NCBI RefSeq assembly: GCF_009914755.1
Contig: NC_060945.1
Reading direction: 5' to 3' (one strand)
Source: the human T2T-CHM13v2.0 reference genome, Homo sapiens
Length of the DNA stretch: 64,000 nucleotides
How positions within the stretch are numbered: position 1 is the first letter of the stretch; every line of letters starts with the position of its first letter. Shown piece by piece: positions 15,498-30,840 of the stretch. The notes under the pieces are model-generated. The model saw nothing but the letters and a program-made list of their open reading frames with translations, did no database searches and had not been told where the DNA came from. The translations under genes and the position numbers were made by a program.

Positions 15498-16329
15498 TTG
15501 CTCTAATAATTTGCTGATTAAAATGCATACATCTGAAAAGTTATTCAGCACAGGAAAGAGAATACTTTCTCAGAAAAATGTATGCCTTTTAATTAAATAT
15601 AAGATAATAGCATGCAATACAGATATATATATATACACACATTCCAGAGGTGTCAAGAAAGTGAGAACAAAAATTCTTTAAAAAAAGAGAAATAATACAA
15701 TAACAGAGAAGATAGCACTACCAAACCCAGCAGGTAGGGTACATACAATCCTTTATGAGTTAGAACTTTGGATACAGGAGAAAAACATGTGGCCCTTTTT
15801 ACTGGAAATAACATTATCCATTTGACAAGGATAGATACTGAGAAGAAAGTCCGCCTTACCAAAAATTTTCGAGTTTCATGACTGTCCTCAAACAGGTTTG
15901 GGGTTAGAATTTATACCACACCTGCTTCCAGAAAAACACGCGTAAATAATTCAGTTTGAATACACCTAAGTTAGGTTGTTACTTTATTTCCCTGGGAAAA
16001 ACAAAAGTAAAACTTAAGTAAAACAAATCTCAAAAAATCTCCCTCAAAAGTGTTCCCAGATAGTGGACTCCGTAATCACGATAAGAAAGATAATAGAAAC
16101 ATTAAACAAAACCCTGAGGCAGCAAATATTAAACTTAACAGAAATAGAATGTGAAGTAAATCTGTTTCATATATTCAAAGAAAAATTGTTAACTTTAAAA
16201 AATCTCTGGGATTATTAACAAAAAAAAAAAAACTCCAGACATATAAATACTAAGCCAAATAAGACAGGTATAAATTAATTGATATGAGACACACTAAACA
16301 AATTAGACATTAATTTTTAATAAATCACT

Positions 16330-17021
16330 GCATAATGGTAAAATATTTGATTCAGCAAGAAGATATAGCCATCTCATGTGAAATTGCCCAGTAACATAGC
16401 TTGAAAGTAGATGGAACAAAAACTTGACAAAATTCCAAGAAGAAATGAAACAGAATTCAGAATCATATTGAGGGATTTTAGCACACACTTCCTGGAAGAT
16501 AAATCAGACAAAATAATCTGATAAATCAGAAAAAAATAGATAATTGAGGATTTGAACAACACAAGGAACTTGACCTAATTAGTAGATATGAAAAACTCAC
16601 TCAATACCTGGAGAATGCACATTGCTTTCTAGAATTCATGGTAAATTTAAAAATTGACCTTAAAATAATTAGCAAAGTAAACTTCAGTAATTAAAAAATG
16701 ATATTATATATATCTTTTACTGACCATAATGTAATTTGGAAATCAACCAAAAACATAACTAAAAGAAACAATTTAGAAAGTATAATAAGCTGCACTGAAG
16801 CCAAACACAGGTAAAAGAATCAGTCACAATAGAAATTAGAATTTATTTACATTGAATTGTTTGCCATCATAACATAGGTAAAAACTTTTGAAAATATACT
16901 TAACAGGATAATTTTATCTTTAAATGTTTATTTGAGAGGAAAGGAAATCCATGCCCAGGTTCTAACTTAGGAGTTTATAAAAGGAATAACAGAATAACGG
17001 CGGTGGATAGCTCATTTAAAA

Positions 17022-17072
<51 letters not shown>

Positions 17073-18050
17073 AATCAACAAATGTAAATTCTTGTAATTT
17101 CAAATCTAATAAAATTGATCAACTTGTGACAAAATTGATGAATAGATACAATTAGGAGTTGAAAAGAAGATAAAATTCAATATGTAGTAAAAATATTAAA
17201 ATGTGATAGAAAATTATACTCTCAAATAAGAAAATGTTCTTTTAAATTGAAATTTAACTAGAAAAAAATGTCCATGCCTAACTAAAAATAGGTAATATGA
17301 GTAGTCTCACATTATCAAATAACAAAATCAATACTTAAATAATAACCAAACAGTTATCATCATTCCCGAATCATTTTAATTTGAATTCTTTGCAACATTT
17401 GTGGAGTAAATAATTCTAGCCTTAAAACAAGATTAAACAAGAACAACAAATCTCTTCAAATTTATGAATCTTATATAAATTTGATACAAAAACTGTAGGA
17501 GAATGAGAAACTACAAATTAATGCACTCATAACTATAAATGAAATTTAACATTAATATTAAAATACTAAATCCAACAGTGGTTTAAAAATATAATCCTCC
17601 CCCAAAATTCAAAATCGAATGAACATTTGAAAATCCACCGATGTAAGTGTCTGGATTAGAAGATTAAAGAAAATCAGCATGTTTATTTCAATGGATTTAA
17701 AATAATTATTAGATTATGTTCAATACCAGTGCATGATCCAATTGAAAAGAATCTTAAATAGAATGACACAAGTAATTTCCTTAGTTTATAAAAACTTGCA
17801 ATAATAATTCCATTTAATAGTAAATTTTAAGAGCTTTTCCTTCGAAATCAAAAGCAAGTAAAATATTTTCACCATATCTCTTCAATTCAACATTCAGTGC
17901 ATAAATAAACAAATAAGCCAAAATTAAGTTGACATGATTGGAAAAAAAAGAAACAAGATAGTTAGCTTTTGCAAAGTGAGGACAAGTTTATGTACATAGA
18001 CAACCTGGGAGGATCTACAGTCAGATAATTAGAATTGTAAGGTTGCTGGC
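16330..18050 (+). mobile_element. Highly diverged L1M ORF2 remnant
   Basis: A-rich + strand with L1 ORF2-like segments (GATTTGAACAACAC...CTTGACCTAATT; CTTCAATTCAACAT); no open frame. Confidence 0.65.
17025..17069. repeat. (AC)22 microsatellite
   Basis: Uninterrupted AC run. Confidence 0.98.
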
Positions 18051-18270
18051 TGGATTAGTCAGGTTAGCAAGAATACAATATAGTAATTAAGAAATAAACA
18101 CAACCTCTGGTTTGATTCACGCACACATTTATTCTTGCATATACCATGTCTGATCTTGGCACAAGAAACTCTCCATAGTGTGTCCTACATGCAGTGATTC
18201 AGTGATCCAGGCTGATCCAATCTCATAATACTGCTAACTCCACACCAGGCCTCTGCATCTCTCAAGCAGG
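18051..18270 (-). mobile_element. Old MLT1 (K/L-like) LTR fragment
   Basis: ATTAGTCAGG start and CAGTGATTCAGTGATCCAGGCTGA motif. Confidence 0.5.
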
Positions 18271-18279
18271 GTAGGCAAT

Positions 18280-18641
18280 TGCCTTCGTCCCTCTGTGCTG
18301 CTATAACAGAATAGCACAGACTGAGTAAATTATAAAAAAGAGAAATTTATTTTCTCACAGTTCTGGAGGCTGAGAAGTTCAATATCAAGGTGCAAGCATT
18401 AGTGTCTGGTAAGGGCTTGTTCCATCGATGGCATCCTCTCACAGTGACATCCTCCCATGGCAGAAGACACAAGTGCAAAAAGGGGCAAACTCTTGCTGAA
18501 GCCTCTTTTTTATTAATCCATTCATGAGGACAGAGCACCATGACTTCATCACTTCCCAGAAGGCCCTCACCTCTTAATCTCATCACAATGGAGATTAAGT
18601 TTCAACATGAATTTTGTAGAGGATGCATTCAACCCGTAACA
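18280..18641 (-). mobile_element. MaLR LTR (MSTC/MSTD/MLT1A-like)
   Basis: GCTGCTATAACAGAATA...TTCTCACAGTTCTGGAGGCTGAGAAG...AAGTTTCAACATGAATTTTG. Confidence 0.85.
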
Positions 18642-19081
18642 GCAATTATGTTCACACATTAATATAAAAACAAAGATCTATCTTTATAAAATGTTAAACA
18701 TTTATTTTGCATTCCAAATTCCCAGATCCTAGAGTTAAAATCATTATGAAGAAGTTTTTGAGCCTCTATTATATGGCTGTAACATTTACAAACCTCCAAA
18801 TATTTCAAAGCCACTGTTTTGGTATTGATTAAATGAGAATAAAATGTGTTATGAGCTCACCTCAATTGCCCTGTCATATAGTATTTTATCCCATTTTTAT
18901 CTCTCTCTCTTCCTCATGAAGCTTTTAGAGCAATAAAACAGTATAATATATGCAGGAATATTTTTTATGTTATAAAGATATACACAGATGTAACAGAAGG
19001 ATATACAAGATACGTTCCTAAAAATTTCAGAAATACAAACATCTATGATTGAATCAATGATTCCCTGGTATTAGCAAAATT

Positions 19082-19884
19082 GTAATGGAGAAAAAATATA
19101 GACAATGTATAGGGTAAGATACATAATAATAAATTCTCCTGTTTTGAGAGCCCCCTCCTGCAACTAAATAGGGGTTCTAGTACCAAAGTAGCTGGCAACC
19201 CTGCCCTAAGAGGATATACAGGGAGTTGGATGTGAGTGTTTACAGTGTGCCTCTCACAGGACATTATTTTAGCTGGTGGGTGACCTAATACCTAGTTATT
19301 TGACCCATGACCAGGGGGCTTTTCACACGGGAAACTTGTTTGTACTGACAGTGCCCTTGTGGCTCTTGTCTGATCCATGCCCAGCTTATACCTACCTTAC
19401 CATCACTCTGGTTCCAGGACCTACAGATTTCCCTAATTTTTCAGATGGAAGGTATAAATTCAGTACACCACCACTATAGAAAAAAGCGCAATGACTTTTA
19501 CTTACATATCCTGAGCAGGGAGGGCACAAGGAGTCCAGAGGGTAATTCTCCATTCCCAGGTCACAGGAAGCAGGAATGGAGGGTCAGGTGGACAGAGAGA
19601 GAATATTTTGGCAGTTAGCAGTATGCATAAGGAAATAGGGTGTGGGGCACTTTAAGTTCACAAACAAGTGCCTGGAGTGTCTGTTTAAAGAAAGGGGAAC
19701 CAGTCAGCTAGGTGAGAAAAATGCTGCTAAGTTCTTATCTCTAGCCACCGGCTTGAGCCATTTGGATGTGGTATAGAACTGAAAACTATGTCAGGGATGA
19801 CTGAGCCCTGCTTCTGGCGTTAGAAAGTTAAACCTGTGCTCAAAATAGAGGCCAAGCCAACATAAAATTATAAAAATGCACCAC
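19082..19884 (-). mobile_element. ERVL-type LTR (MER74/MER54/MER73 group; tentative)
   Basis: TG...CA bounded, GC-richer block with TGACCCATGACCAGGGG...CACACGGGAAACTTGTTT...GCCCTTGTGGCTCTTGTCTGA. Confidence 0.55.
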
Positions 19885-22568
19885 ATCCCTCACCACCACT
19901 GCAGAAAATAAAAATTCCCAGAATGGTGTAGATGGACAAATAAGCCAATATTTATTTTAAATGTTTAAGCTAAGAAAGATTTGATACACATAGGTCATTG
20001 GAGCTAATCCTTGCAGAATGTGCAGCTTTAAACAAAGATAGATAAAAATGACAGCCGATGAATTCCAGCCATAAGGCAAGAATGGAAATGAACATGGAAA
20101 TTTACGAAGGCTACATGGATCATACTGACCAGTTCAGTGTGAGTGAGAAATGAGATTCATAAGAGGAAATAGTGGGATGATAAAGAACTTGGAATGGTGG
20201 TGAGAAGACAGGCCAGGGGTGAGGTCATGGAGGTCTTTAGTTATATTCAGTAGAAAATGCGTAATCATACAAATTCTCTTCCAGCATTTTGAGGCAAAAG
20301 AAAACAGGGCAGGGGTTAGAATGTTGTCCAAGAAAAGAACAAAAGAAGAATTATTTGTGAGAGATGCAATTTGCAATTTAATTGTCCGAACTTGGTCAGG
20401 GATAATATGTGTCTGGGCAAACAGTGTCTGAGAGAATGGGAACACTATTTATCTAAATGGTGTTGTAATACCAATGAGCGGAATCGTATTGCTGATAATT
20501 TTTTATATCACACACTTTACACAAACTATGTTGAAACATTTAAAAAGAGCTTATTTTTAGTTTGAGGAGCAAGTGGACCAGCAACCTATCAACTAAACAT
20601 GTGCAACTTGAACTCAATAGAGGTCAAAGTGAGGAAGGAATGCAGATTAGTGACCAAAGTTATGGACGTGATGTCTGAAATCATGGGAGTGTCTGACCAT
20701 TCCAAGATAATATGCTGTAGAAAGTTGAAAAGTAGAGCTCCCAGTTGTATTTAGTTCCACCAAAATTAAAGGAAAATAATTATATACTTTAAATAGCATT
20801 TATTAATTACAGCTGTATGTAAGGTGCTACGAATGTATTAAAGATAGAGGGCTTAAAACAAAAGTTACTCTCATGTAACATAATCAAACAAAACGTAGAT
20901 TAGTAAAAGGAATATAATCTATTTTTTTCAGCCTTGAATTGTGTTGGGTATTTGGGATGATTTCTCATAAATCACATGCAGCTAAATAGCCTTTCAAAAC
21001 ACCTTATCTAAATTCGGTGTATAAAGAGGAAAAGGACTTGTTGAAACTGACATAGGCAATGCCAAAATATGGATTCATGTATCTGTATGAGCCATTTAAG
21101 AACTTATGCTGTTTTTTTTTAACTTCATGAAACAAGACAGGTTAAGCAGTATAATGGTAAAGGAAATGTCTTTATGATTAAGAAGTCATTAGAAACCTTG
21201 GAGGACCTAGTTGTATAGACTGTTAGAAGAGGCAGACATAACTCTCAGTGATTAATGAATTAGCCTGAGGAAGAGAAAGCCAAAAATGACATAATATTCT
21301 GAGAAATATAACCGAGGAAATACAGCCGAGAATATGATCTTCAGAGAAGTAGCAGAATCATTGGAAGATCCTTTAAGAATAAGGGCAACTAACACATCTG
21401 CAGACAAAATGAAAATAGGAAGGAAATAAATGATTTGGAGAGAATTTCATAATTGATTTAATATCCCTAAGAATGAATACGGGCATCAAGTCAAGGCCCT
21501 AATGCACGGGACACATCAAATGATGAAAATAATGAGAGAAAATATACAAACACTGATTATATGGATACAACACAGTGATTAGCAAGCAGAAACGCTGGTA
21601 AAATTATAACAACAGGAAATGGTGACTCCCTTTACAAATGTCCTTGAAGCAAAGATTCTCGACTTGTGTTACTTCGCTTTCAAAAGTCAAAGAATCTTTT
21701 AAAAACATGGGCTGTTTGGATATTTATTTTCTCTTACAGCTGGAATTTAATTGTTACGGTGCTAACACTACACTCTGATCCTTACATCAACTAAATGTAT
21801 ACCCAGACACACATCTACACTGCCTATGTAAAATAAAATTATAAAAATATTAATAATGTAGACAAATGTATAATTGTATGTGTATGTAACTTTGTTAGGT
21901 ATATGTTACTTTTGGAAAAAGCCAAAGTTAAGTATTAAAATACAGTGAGAGTTTAATAAACATATGGAATTTAATTTATACTCTTTAGCAATACAGCAAT
22001 AAATCTCTCCAGTCATAGTAATTCTCACTGTTTCAAGAACATAACATCTAAGTTCAGATATATGCATGTATGATCTTTAACTTATTCTATACTCAGTGTC
22101 TAGGATTCTCTAGAAATTTGACATACCTCTCTAGAATACCTGTTTTATCCTGAAAGCTGTCTGCTTCATTAAAATTTTTCAAATATATATTCATATGTAT
22201 ACTACTATAAGTATGTGTAGACACACACATATAATTATGTGTATATATGTGTTTTATGCATACATGTATGTACTTTATTCTGATAAAAACATATATCTAT
22301 CTTAAATCAACTGTAATTTTACTTAACTTTTTTAGTGGTTAAATTTTTTTTTGAATAATTTCCTGATCTTAGCTTCCTTGGGGAAGTGTATATGCCCTGA
22401 GTATGGAAGAGATTCAAAGTAAATAGTAGTTTCCATGGGAACGAATAAACTTCACATCCTGACATAATAAATTAGACCTGGTTTGAGTGTGGCAGATCAT
22501 TTTGGCTTTCTGAATTCAGCTTCTCATATGTAAAAAAAGGGTATGAACTTTTATCTTATAACCTAATG

Positions 22569-23024
22569 CAGCTGACCCGTGAGTAACATGGGGGTTGGGG
22601 CGCCAACTCGCATGCAGGAAAAAATCTGCATATAACTTTTGACTCCAAAGTCTTAACTACTAATAGCTCACTGTACACTGGAAGCCTTACCGATAGCATA
22701 AAAGTCAATTAACACATATGTTGTAGGTGATATGTATTATATACTATATTCTTACAATGAAGTAAGTGAGAGAAAAGAAAATGTTATTAAGAGCATTATA
22801 AGGAAGCAAAAATATTCTTACTGTTCATTAAGTGGAAACAGATCATCATAAAGGTCTTCATCTTCGTGTCTTCACCTTGAGGAGGCTGAGGACTAGGAGG
22901 AAGAAGAAAGGTTTCTCTTGCTGTCTCACAGGTGGCAGATGCTAGAAAGGCGGACAAGGTAGAAGGGTAGACGTGTATAAGTAGACTTGTGCATTTCAAA
23001 CTTGTGTTGTTCAAGGGCCAACTG
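22569..23024 (-). mobile_element. Tigger2a (MER28) TcMar DNA transposon
   Basis: TIRs CAGCTGACCCGTGAGTAACA and TGTTGTTCAAGGGCCAACTG followed by TA; Tigger2 body motifs. Confidence 0.9.
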
Positions 23025-23312
23025 TATGTAAAAAATTCTCACAGAAATGCAACATTATTAATAAAATATATTGTAATTACATCATTGCATATTGCTATGT
23101 TTATTTCTTCATAATTAGGGAGCAAGTTCTTTCTAGATCTTTCAGTATTTTTTTGCCCATGTTAATAACTGACCATATGTTAGTAAAATCAAGACATATT
23201 GATTTTTTCCAAGTCAATAACATTATAATATTAACATACCAAAACTGTAAATGATTTAGCGTTTGGATGTATACACTAATCACTCTTATATAAAGATAAA
23301 AATAATTTTATT

Positions 23313-23620
<308 letters not shown>

Positions 23621-23750
23621 TGTACAAAGTATTTGGTGTTAAAATATGATTAAAGCTGTCGAATATTAAAATTTGACATTTGCATGCTAGTTATTGCTAC
23701 ATATGAATGTGTGGAGATGCCAAACTTGTGATATAAAATCTATTTCAAAT

Positions 23751-23816
23751 TACGCAGAGATACATCTGAGAGATACGCAGAGATACATCTGAGAGATACG
23801 CGGAGATACATCTCCG
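23751..23816. repeat. 23-bp tandem repeat, ~2.8 copies
   Basis: TACGCAGAGATACATCTGAGAGA at 23751 and 23774, variant at 23797. Confidence 0.95.
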
Positions 23817-23920
23817 AGTTTGAAATCACCACACAGTGTTGCACAAATAGTGGAATGCTGACACCAAGTGCAGAACAAACTACCTGAGCATCACCTCTTA
23901 TCTTTAAAATGTGGAGCATA

Positions 23921-24384
<464 letters not shown>

Positions 24385-24875
24385 TTAGAAGAGGGAAAAC
24401 TGACTCAAAGCAAATTTTAATTTATTACTTTTCAAAGTTAAATATTATATGTTGCTTTTCCCAACCAAATTCTTCTTGGCCGGAATCGTACTATTTTTGT
24501 GAAAATGGAGGCATGAACATATCTAATGTTTAAGCAACGAATCTTTAATATCTTTTTTAAATAAAATTATTCCTTAAATCATATCCTAACAATGTCCATT
24601 AAAAGTAGAAAAGGATCTCTTTTTACTAAATAGTTAGATTGACCCATAAGAAGTTATTTCTGAAGGTCAGAATGGTTGAATGTCACACTTCATATAGCTC
24701 AACCTAATTAGTGTTCATTCTCTAAATTCCAATAACAAGTAAATATGTCAGATAAGTCAAAATGTGAGTTACTGTTTTAACTACGCTGCTTGCAGATAAA
24801 AAATAAAGCCATGCTTCTTGAAAATGTTTAGTCCCAAATAAAATTTTGTTATACAATAAATAGAAGCCTTACTTT

Positions 24876-24972
24876 AACTTGGGAAGGCGGAGGTTGCCGT
24901 GAGCCAAGATGGTGCCACTGCACTCCAGCCTGGGCAACAGAGCAAGACTCCGTCTAAAAAGAAAAAAAGAAA
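24876..24972 (+). mobile_element. 5'-truncated Alu (3' part of the right arm)
   Basis: GGCGGAGGTTGCCGTGAGCCAAGAT...GACTCCGTCT plus A tail; imperfect TSD AGAAGCCTTACT/AGAAGCATACT. Confidence 0.9.
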
Positions 24973-25459
24973 AGAAGCATACTATGGATATTCTTGCATA
25001 CTTGTACTGAGGCATTTAAATAAAACTGATTGAATTTTAATTTAATTTTAAAATACACACATTTTAAGTGCAAATAATCATTTCAAGGCTTAAACTCAGG
25101 GTACTCTCGGTTCCCACCTACTCTTTCTCTAAAGGATGTTCTTAAAACATGCTAGTGTCAGAGAGAAGATAAAAGGTACCTATTTAAGGTGCCTATTTAT
25201 GGTTCTTGTGCTAGTATTCAACCAGGGGTACTTCATTCACCCTGTGTGTGTGTGTTCTCTACCTTGGATGCGATGCTCGAGGTCTCCATTCTCTGTAGTC
25301 TTTTTTCATACACCAGACACCTACTCATATATCAATTCTCTGAGGACATGTTTGAACTATCGGAGTTCTGGAGCTTCTTGACTGCTTCTGCTTCCCCAGA
25401 TTCGATGTGTTTTTCTCTGGACCGCTTGCCTAAATATTCTCATTATCGTCTTTCTTTTT

Positions 25460-25983
<524 letters not shown>

Positions 25984-28900
25984 TGATCGTGTATGTGTTT
26001 GCAGGAGGGAATGATATGGAGCAGTCAATACATTTATTCCCCCAACTTTATTCCTTTGTCCTTTTCTGATCTACCCATTACCAAAAGTCCTTTTAATTCC
26101 TATTTCTGTCTAGTGAGAATCTATTACTTTCTTCTTTATTTTAGTTTCACGACTTTATGAACTTGGCAAATGGTGGCAGCGGTAAAAGTCTATTACTTAG
26201 GAAGAAAACTATAGGCAAATCTTTTTTAAAAAATCATATCCTAACAATGTACATATTTAATAAGCACTAGTAAGTACTTATATGAGAGAAGTAAAAAATG
26301 ATATAAGAATGTCTAAGATGGTTACTTATTCTGAACTTAGCAAGGTCAACAGAATACAACAAATATATGTTAAGCTAAAATCAGAAAACAGAAAAGAAAT
26401 AAAGAAACAAACCTGAACACACTACTGGAAAAATAGTTTAGTTTCCTATGTAAAAAGTGCAAGAGTGATCTTTTTTTCTTATCCAATGAGTTCAGCTGCC
26501 TAAATTTCATTAATAAAATTTTTAAATAATTTAGAATTATACATGACCAAGTAAATTAGAAATATACATTTCATGTTTGTTGAACTTTGCACAAAATAGA
26601 ATTTATACAATTCCACTTGAACATGTGCATAATTATCTGTTAGTTTTTTATAGAAAAACTAAATCAGATGTCTATTGATTTTTAAACTCTCATTTTTTCT
26701 CAAAGAGCAAGCAGTTGAATTTAAACATCCAATGACAGCAAATTTGATACTGTATCATTATGATAACAGCAAAAATAATCTCATTGACAGATATTACTGA
26801 AATTTCATGTATATTTAATTTCATTACCATATTTCATTGGTCAGCATATTTTAATGGAGTTTTGTTAGCTTTTTCATATTCATGTGTGAGAGCAAGAAAT
26901 AGGCTAACATGCTTTAATAAGAGTGCGTGTCTTTCAAAAATTAATTTTTGAACATTGTTATTGGTTAAATTCAAAGAGGTAGATGAAAATTTAGATAAAT
27001 ATTTCACTTGACATCTTACTCTATCTCTGTGTAACACAGAGTTATTTTTTACTTTACAGCTTGACTGAGCAGTTCTCTGATTACTTTTCTCTTGGTAAGC
27101 CTAGACAATTGCTCTTGACGCTTGTCTATGATAAAAAGAAGTCATAATGATTTATAGTATACTGTTTAAAGTTCAAAATTACCCCTCTTGTAAACCTGGG
27201 AAAAACATACTTGCTGGTACCTTATATCTAACTTGTTGGTGATATAACTAATTAGAGATACGGTTTGACTACATGACTAGGGATATAAAAGTCGTAACTG
27301 GAAACGGGTCAATCTCTCTTAATCAGGTTTCTTTACATATGTACTGGTGGTTATTTTCCAGAGACAAAGAGAATCCTGAATAACCAAAGAAAGGATCCTG
27401 GTGAGCTGTTCCTAGAAGATTTGCTGACACCCAGGGCTTATCTGTGCTTTCTTTCTCTGGCCGTACTGTATACGTTGCCTCAACAATGTCCTTCATAAGC
27501 ATGCTCTGTGAAGTCTAATGAGCCATTTCATTATCCACCTATCCAATGCTGCTACCAGATATATGCACATTGTACAGCTTCTTCTTAATTCTGTTGGTAG
27601 TCACCTGTGCAATCTTGACAATATGCTCATACCTCAGTTTCTCAAACAAACAATAGCCAGTAAAATTGCTTTATTGAACTTGCCTTACTTAATATACCTC
27701 CCCTTTACCAAATATTTTATATATTTTTGTTAGTTTCATGTTTCTTAATCCATTAATTTTAGATAATATCTCATTACCACTATGTAGGAAAAGAAAATAT
27801 ATTCTTCAACCCTCTCTCATCTCTTTCTAAATAGTTTCATCTTCCAACTTCCAGGAACTATAATTTGATTTTCCAATTCTATAACATGTTTAGAAACTAT
27901 AAGTTTCTATAAGTTTCTGTCAGTTTCAAAACTTGTGTTAGGTTTTCAAAGTCTACAACATATTTAGAAAATATAAGTTTTGATGAGTTGTGTGAGGATA
28001 ATTTTTTTATTTTTCATTTTTTGTCTACTAACAGGGAGGCAGCTACTCTGTACCTCTTTAGGATGTTTGATATAATAGGGCCCATCTTTTGATTTTAAAC
28101 TATAAAATCTCAGCTCTTCTCACCCTGGGAATTGTGAATACATACCTCTAAAATTAACTTGAAAATCTCTCAGGAAGTGTACAAGAAACTATCTCGAAGT
28201 AGAACTAATTGTTCTCAGGGAGATAAGAAAATTTTACATTAGTGTATAATTTTGTGTGAAATTTTATCCAGACTGTTTTATCTTTCTCAGTACTCGCATT
28301 TGTATAATCTGATTCATACTCAATAATACATTGGCTCTTTCCTTCCTTAAGAGTATGGAGGTCTCTTTGTGTGGTAGGATTTTTTATTTCTTTCATTGTT
28401 GCCTTTTTGTTGGTTCTAATAATTAAACTCCAATGTAGATTGCTTGCAAATTTATGATTGTATAATTTTGTCCACCAAGAAGATTGATAGGAAAGGATGG
28501 ATGATTTATACTGAAGTCATGAAACTTGTCTTATTTGAATAAGAATGTTAGACACCAATGTAAAATGGTATCGTTTTACATAGCACAGAATTAATTTCAA
28601 AAATGTATGTCACAAATTATATCATAATTAAAACATGATTTCTTTTAATAGATTGTTTTACCTAGAGTAGGCAATAGACTTTTTGCACTTTTATACACCA
28701 AGCACCTTATGCCATATTACATGTTAAAATGAATCTTACTTATATTTGGATGCATCCATCTCCGTGCCCTGAATTTCTTTTCAAATACAAATTGGTTGCT
28801 TTTTAGGCCTGCTACATGTTGCAGAATGTTGGATTCCACAAATAACAACACAACCTGTTTCTAAGAGAAAGCTGACCAAGGTAAAGGACAGCAATGTTTC

Positions 28901-29247
28901 TATGAAGCTTGGGCAATGTCTTGAAGTAGGGAGGAGACATTAGAATTTATTGAGAATTGGAGATTTTGTTTAAGGCAAGAATTTCAATGTTGATGGGCTT
29001 AATATTAGGTTAAGAATAATGCACGATACAGTAGTCTTAGATTAGTGAAAAACAGGATGAAGATTTTGAAGCAGAGAATTCAATGAATCTTAAGTCACAC
29101 ACTGTTAATTTTTATTGAATTGAAGAGCTGTGGGTCTTCAGGAAGTTTCATAATGAACAATTAAACAATTTGCCTGGACTACAAACACTTGGGAAAGTAC
29201 AGTAATGTGAATGAAGACAGTGGAATAGCAAAATCATGTTATTGTAG

Positions 29248-29666
29248 TGTTATGGGCTGAAATATGTCCCTCCAAAATTTATATATTGAAATTCTAACCA
29301 CCAGTATTTTAGAATGTGACTATATTTGAACATAGGTTCTTTAAAGAGGTAATTAGGGTAAAATAAAGTCATGTGTGTGGGCCTGAAAACAATCTCACTG
29401 GTGTTCTTATAAGAGGGAGAAATTTGGACATGGATATGCATATGCACAAAGGAACAACCACACTAAGGCCAAGGGAGAAGACAGTCATCTACGAATCAAG
29501 GAGAGAAGCCACAAAATGAAACTAATCATGCCAGCACCTTGATTTCAGTCTTCCAGCTTCAAGAATTTCTGAGTAAATATTGACCTTGCCTCCCCACTTT
29601 GAGTTTCTCTTGTTTAAGCCATTCAATCTACGGTATTTTTTATAGCAGCCCTAGCAAATTAGCATA
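29248..29666 (+). mobile_element. MLT1B-type MaLR LTR
   Basis: TGTTATGGGCTGAA...AGAATGTGACTATATTTG...GCAGCCCTAGCAAA; TSD TGTAG/TGCAG. Confidence 0.85.
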
Positions 29667-30134
29667 TGCAGTTAAATTATGGATAGGTAGTTTTGGTCCC
29701 CCCATATTCAGGCTAAATGTGGAGGTGGGCATTTTGATTCAAAACATATATTTTCTTTTTAGTGTACTCCTGATTTTAGTTCACAGTGTATGCATACCTA
29801 TGTATTAGTTTAAATTTTTATGTTGGTAATATATAACCATAAATATATTTTTCAAATATTTTTATATATTTGCTTAATGTTTAGTTTTTTTCTGACCTTA
29901 TATTTGATTGGCATTTTACGGAGTATCAAATCTATGTTCTATTTTACTTCCTCTTAAATATTATTCAATTGTTTTCTAGCGCTTTGTTATTGAAAAAATT
30001 GTTACTTTAATACAAACTATATATAATATATACACATTTTTTTCTGTCTTGCATTCTAAAAATCTTTAAAGAATGATTATTAATACCTAATGATTATTAG
30101 TTATCTACATAATTATAGACATTGTTTATCTTCA

Positions 30135-30840
30135 TGTTAGTCAACTCAGGCTGCTATTTTATTTTTTTATATTTATTTATTTATTTATTTTAATTTATTT
30201 TTCTGAGATGGAGTCTCGCTCTGTCGCCCAGGCTAGAGTGCAGTGGCCTGATCTTGGCTCACTTTAACCTCTGCCTCACAGATTCAAGCAATTCTCTGCC
30301 TCAGCCTCCTGAGTAGCTGGGATTACAAGCACCTGCCAGCACGCCTAGCCAATTTTTATATTTTTAGTAGAGACAGGGTTTCACTATCTTGGGCAGGCTG
30401 ATCTTGAACTCCTGACCTCTGGATCCACCCTCCTCAGCCTCCCAAAGTGCTGGGATTACAGGCATGAGCCACCACGCCCCAGCCTCAGGCTGCTATTTTA
30501 AAAACTAGCACAAACCAGGTGGCTTATGAAGAAAAGATGTTTATTTCTAACAGTCCTGGAGGCTGGGAAGACCAAGATTTGGGTATCCACAGATTCAGGG
30601 TCTGATGAGGACCTGTTTCTTGATTCATAGATGACCTTTTTTTTTTCTCTATGTCCTTACATGAAAGGAAGGGGCAAAGGAGTTCTCTGGGGTTCCTTTT
30701 ATAAGGGCTCTTATCCCATTTGTAAGAGTTGTCCTCATGACCTAATCACTTCTCAAAGGCCTTACCTCCTAGAGTCATCTCACTGGGGGTTAAGATTTCA
30801 GTATGTGAATTCCAGGGGGACACAAACATTCAGTGTATAA
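30135..30840 (-). mobile_element. MLT1A-type MaLR LTR, split by an Alu
   Basis: TCAGGCTGCTAT...CAGTCCTGGAGGCTGGGAAG...GGGGGACACAAACATTCAG. Confidence 0.85.
30162..30484 (-). mobile_element. AluS (Sx-like)
   Basis: Dimeric Alu; 16-bp TSD TCAGGCTGCTATTTTA at 30146 and 30485. Confidence 0.93.

Noticed and set aside
28815-29247. Possible old ERV LTR hosting the MLT1B
   Set aside because: It looks LTR-like, but I could not fix the family or both boundaries.
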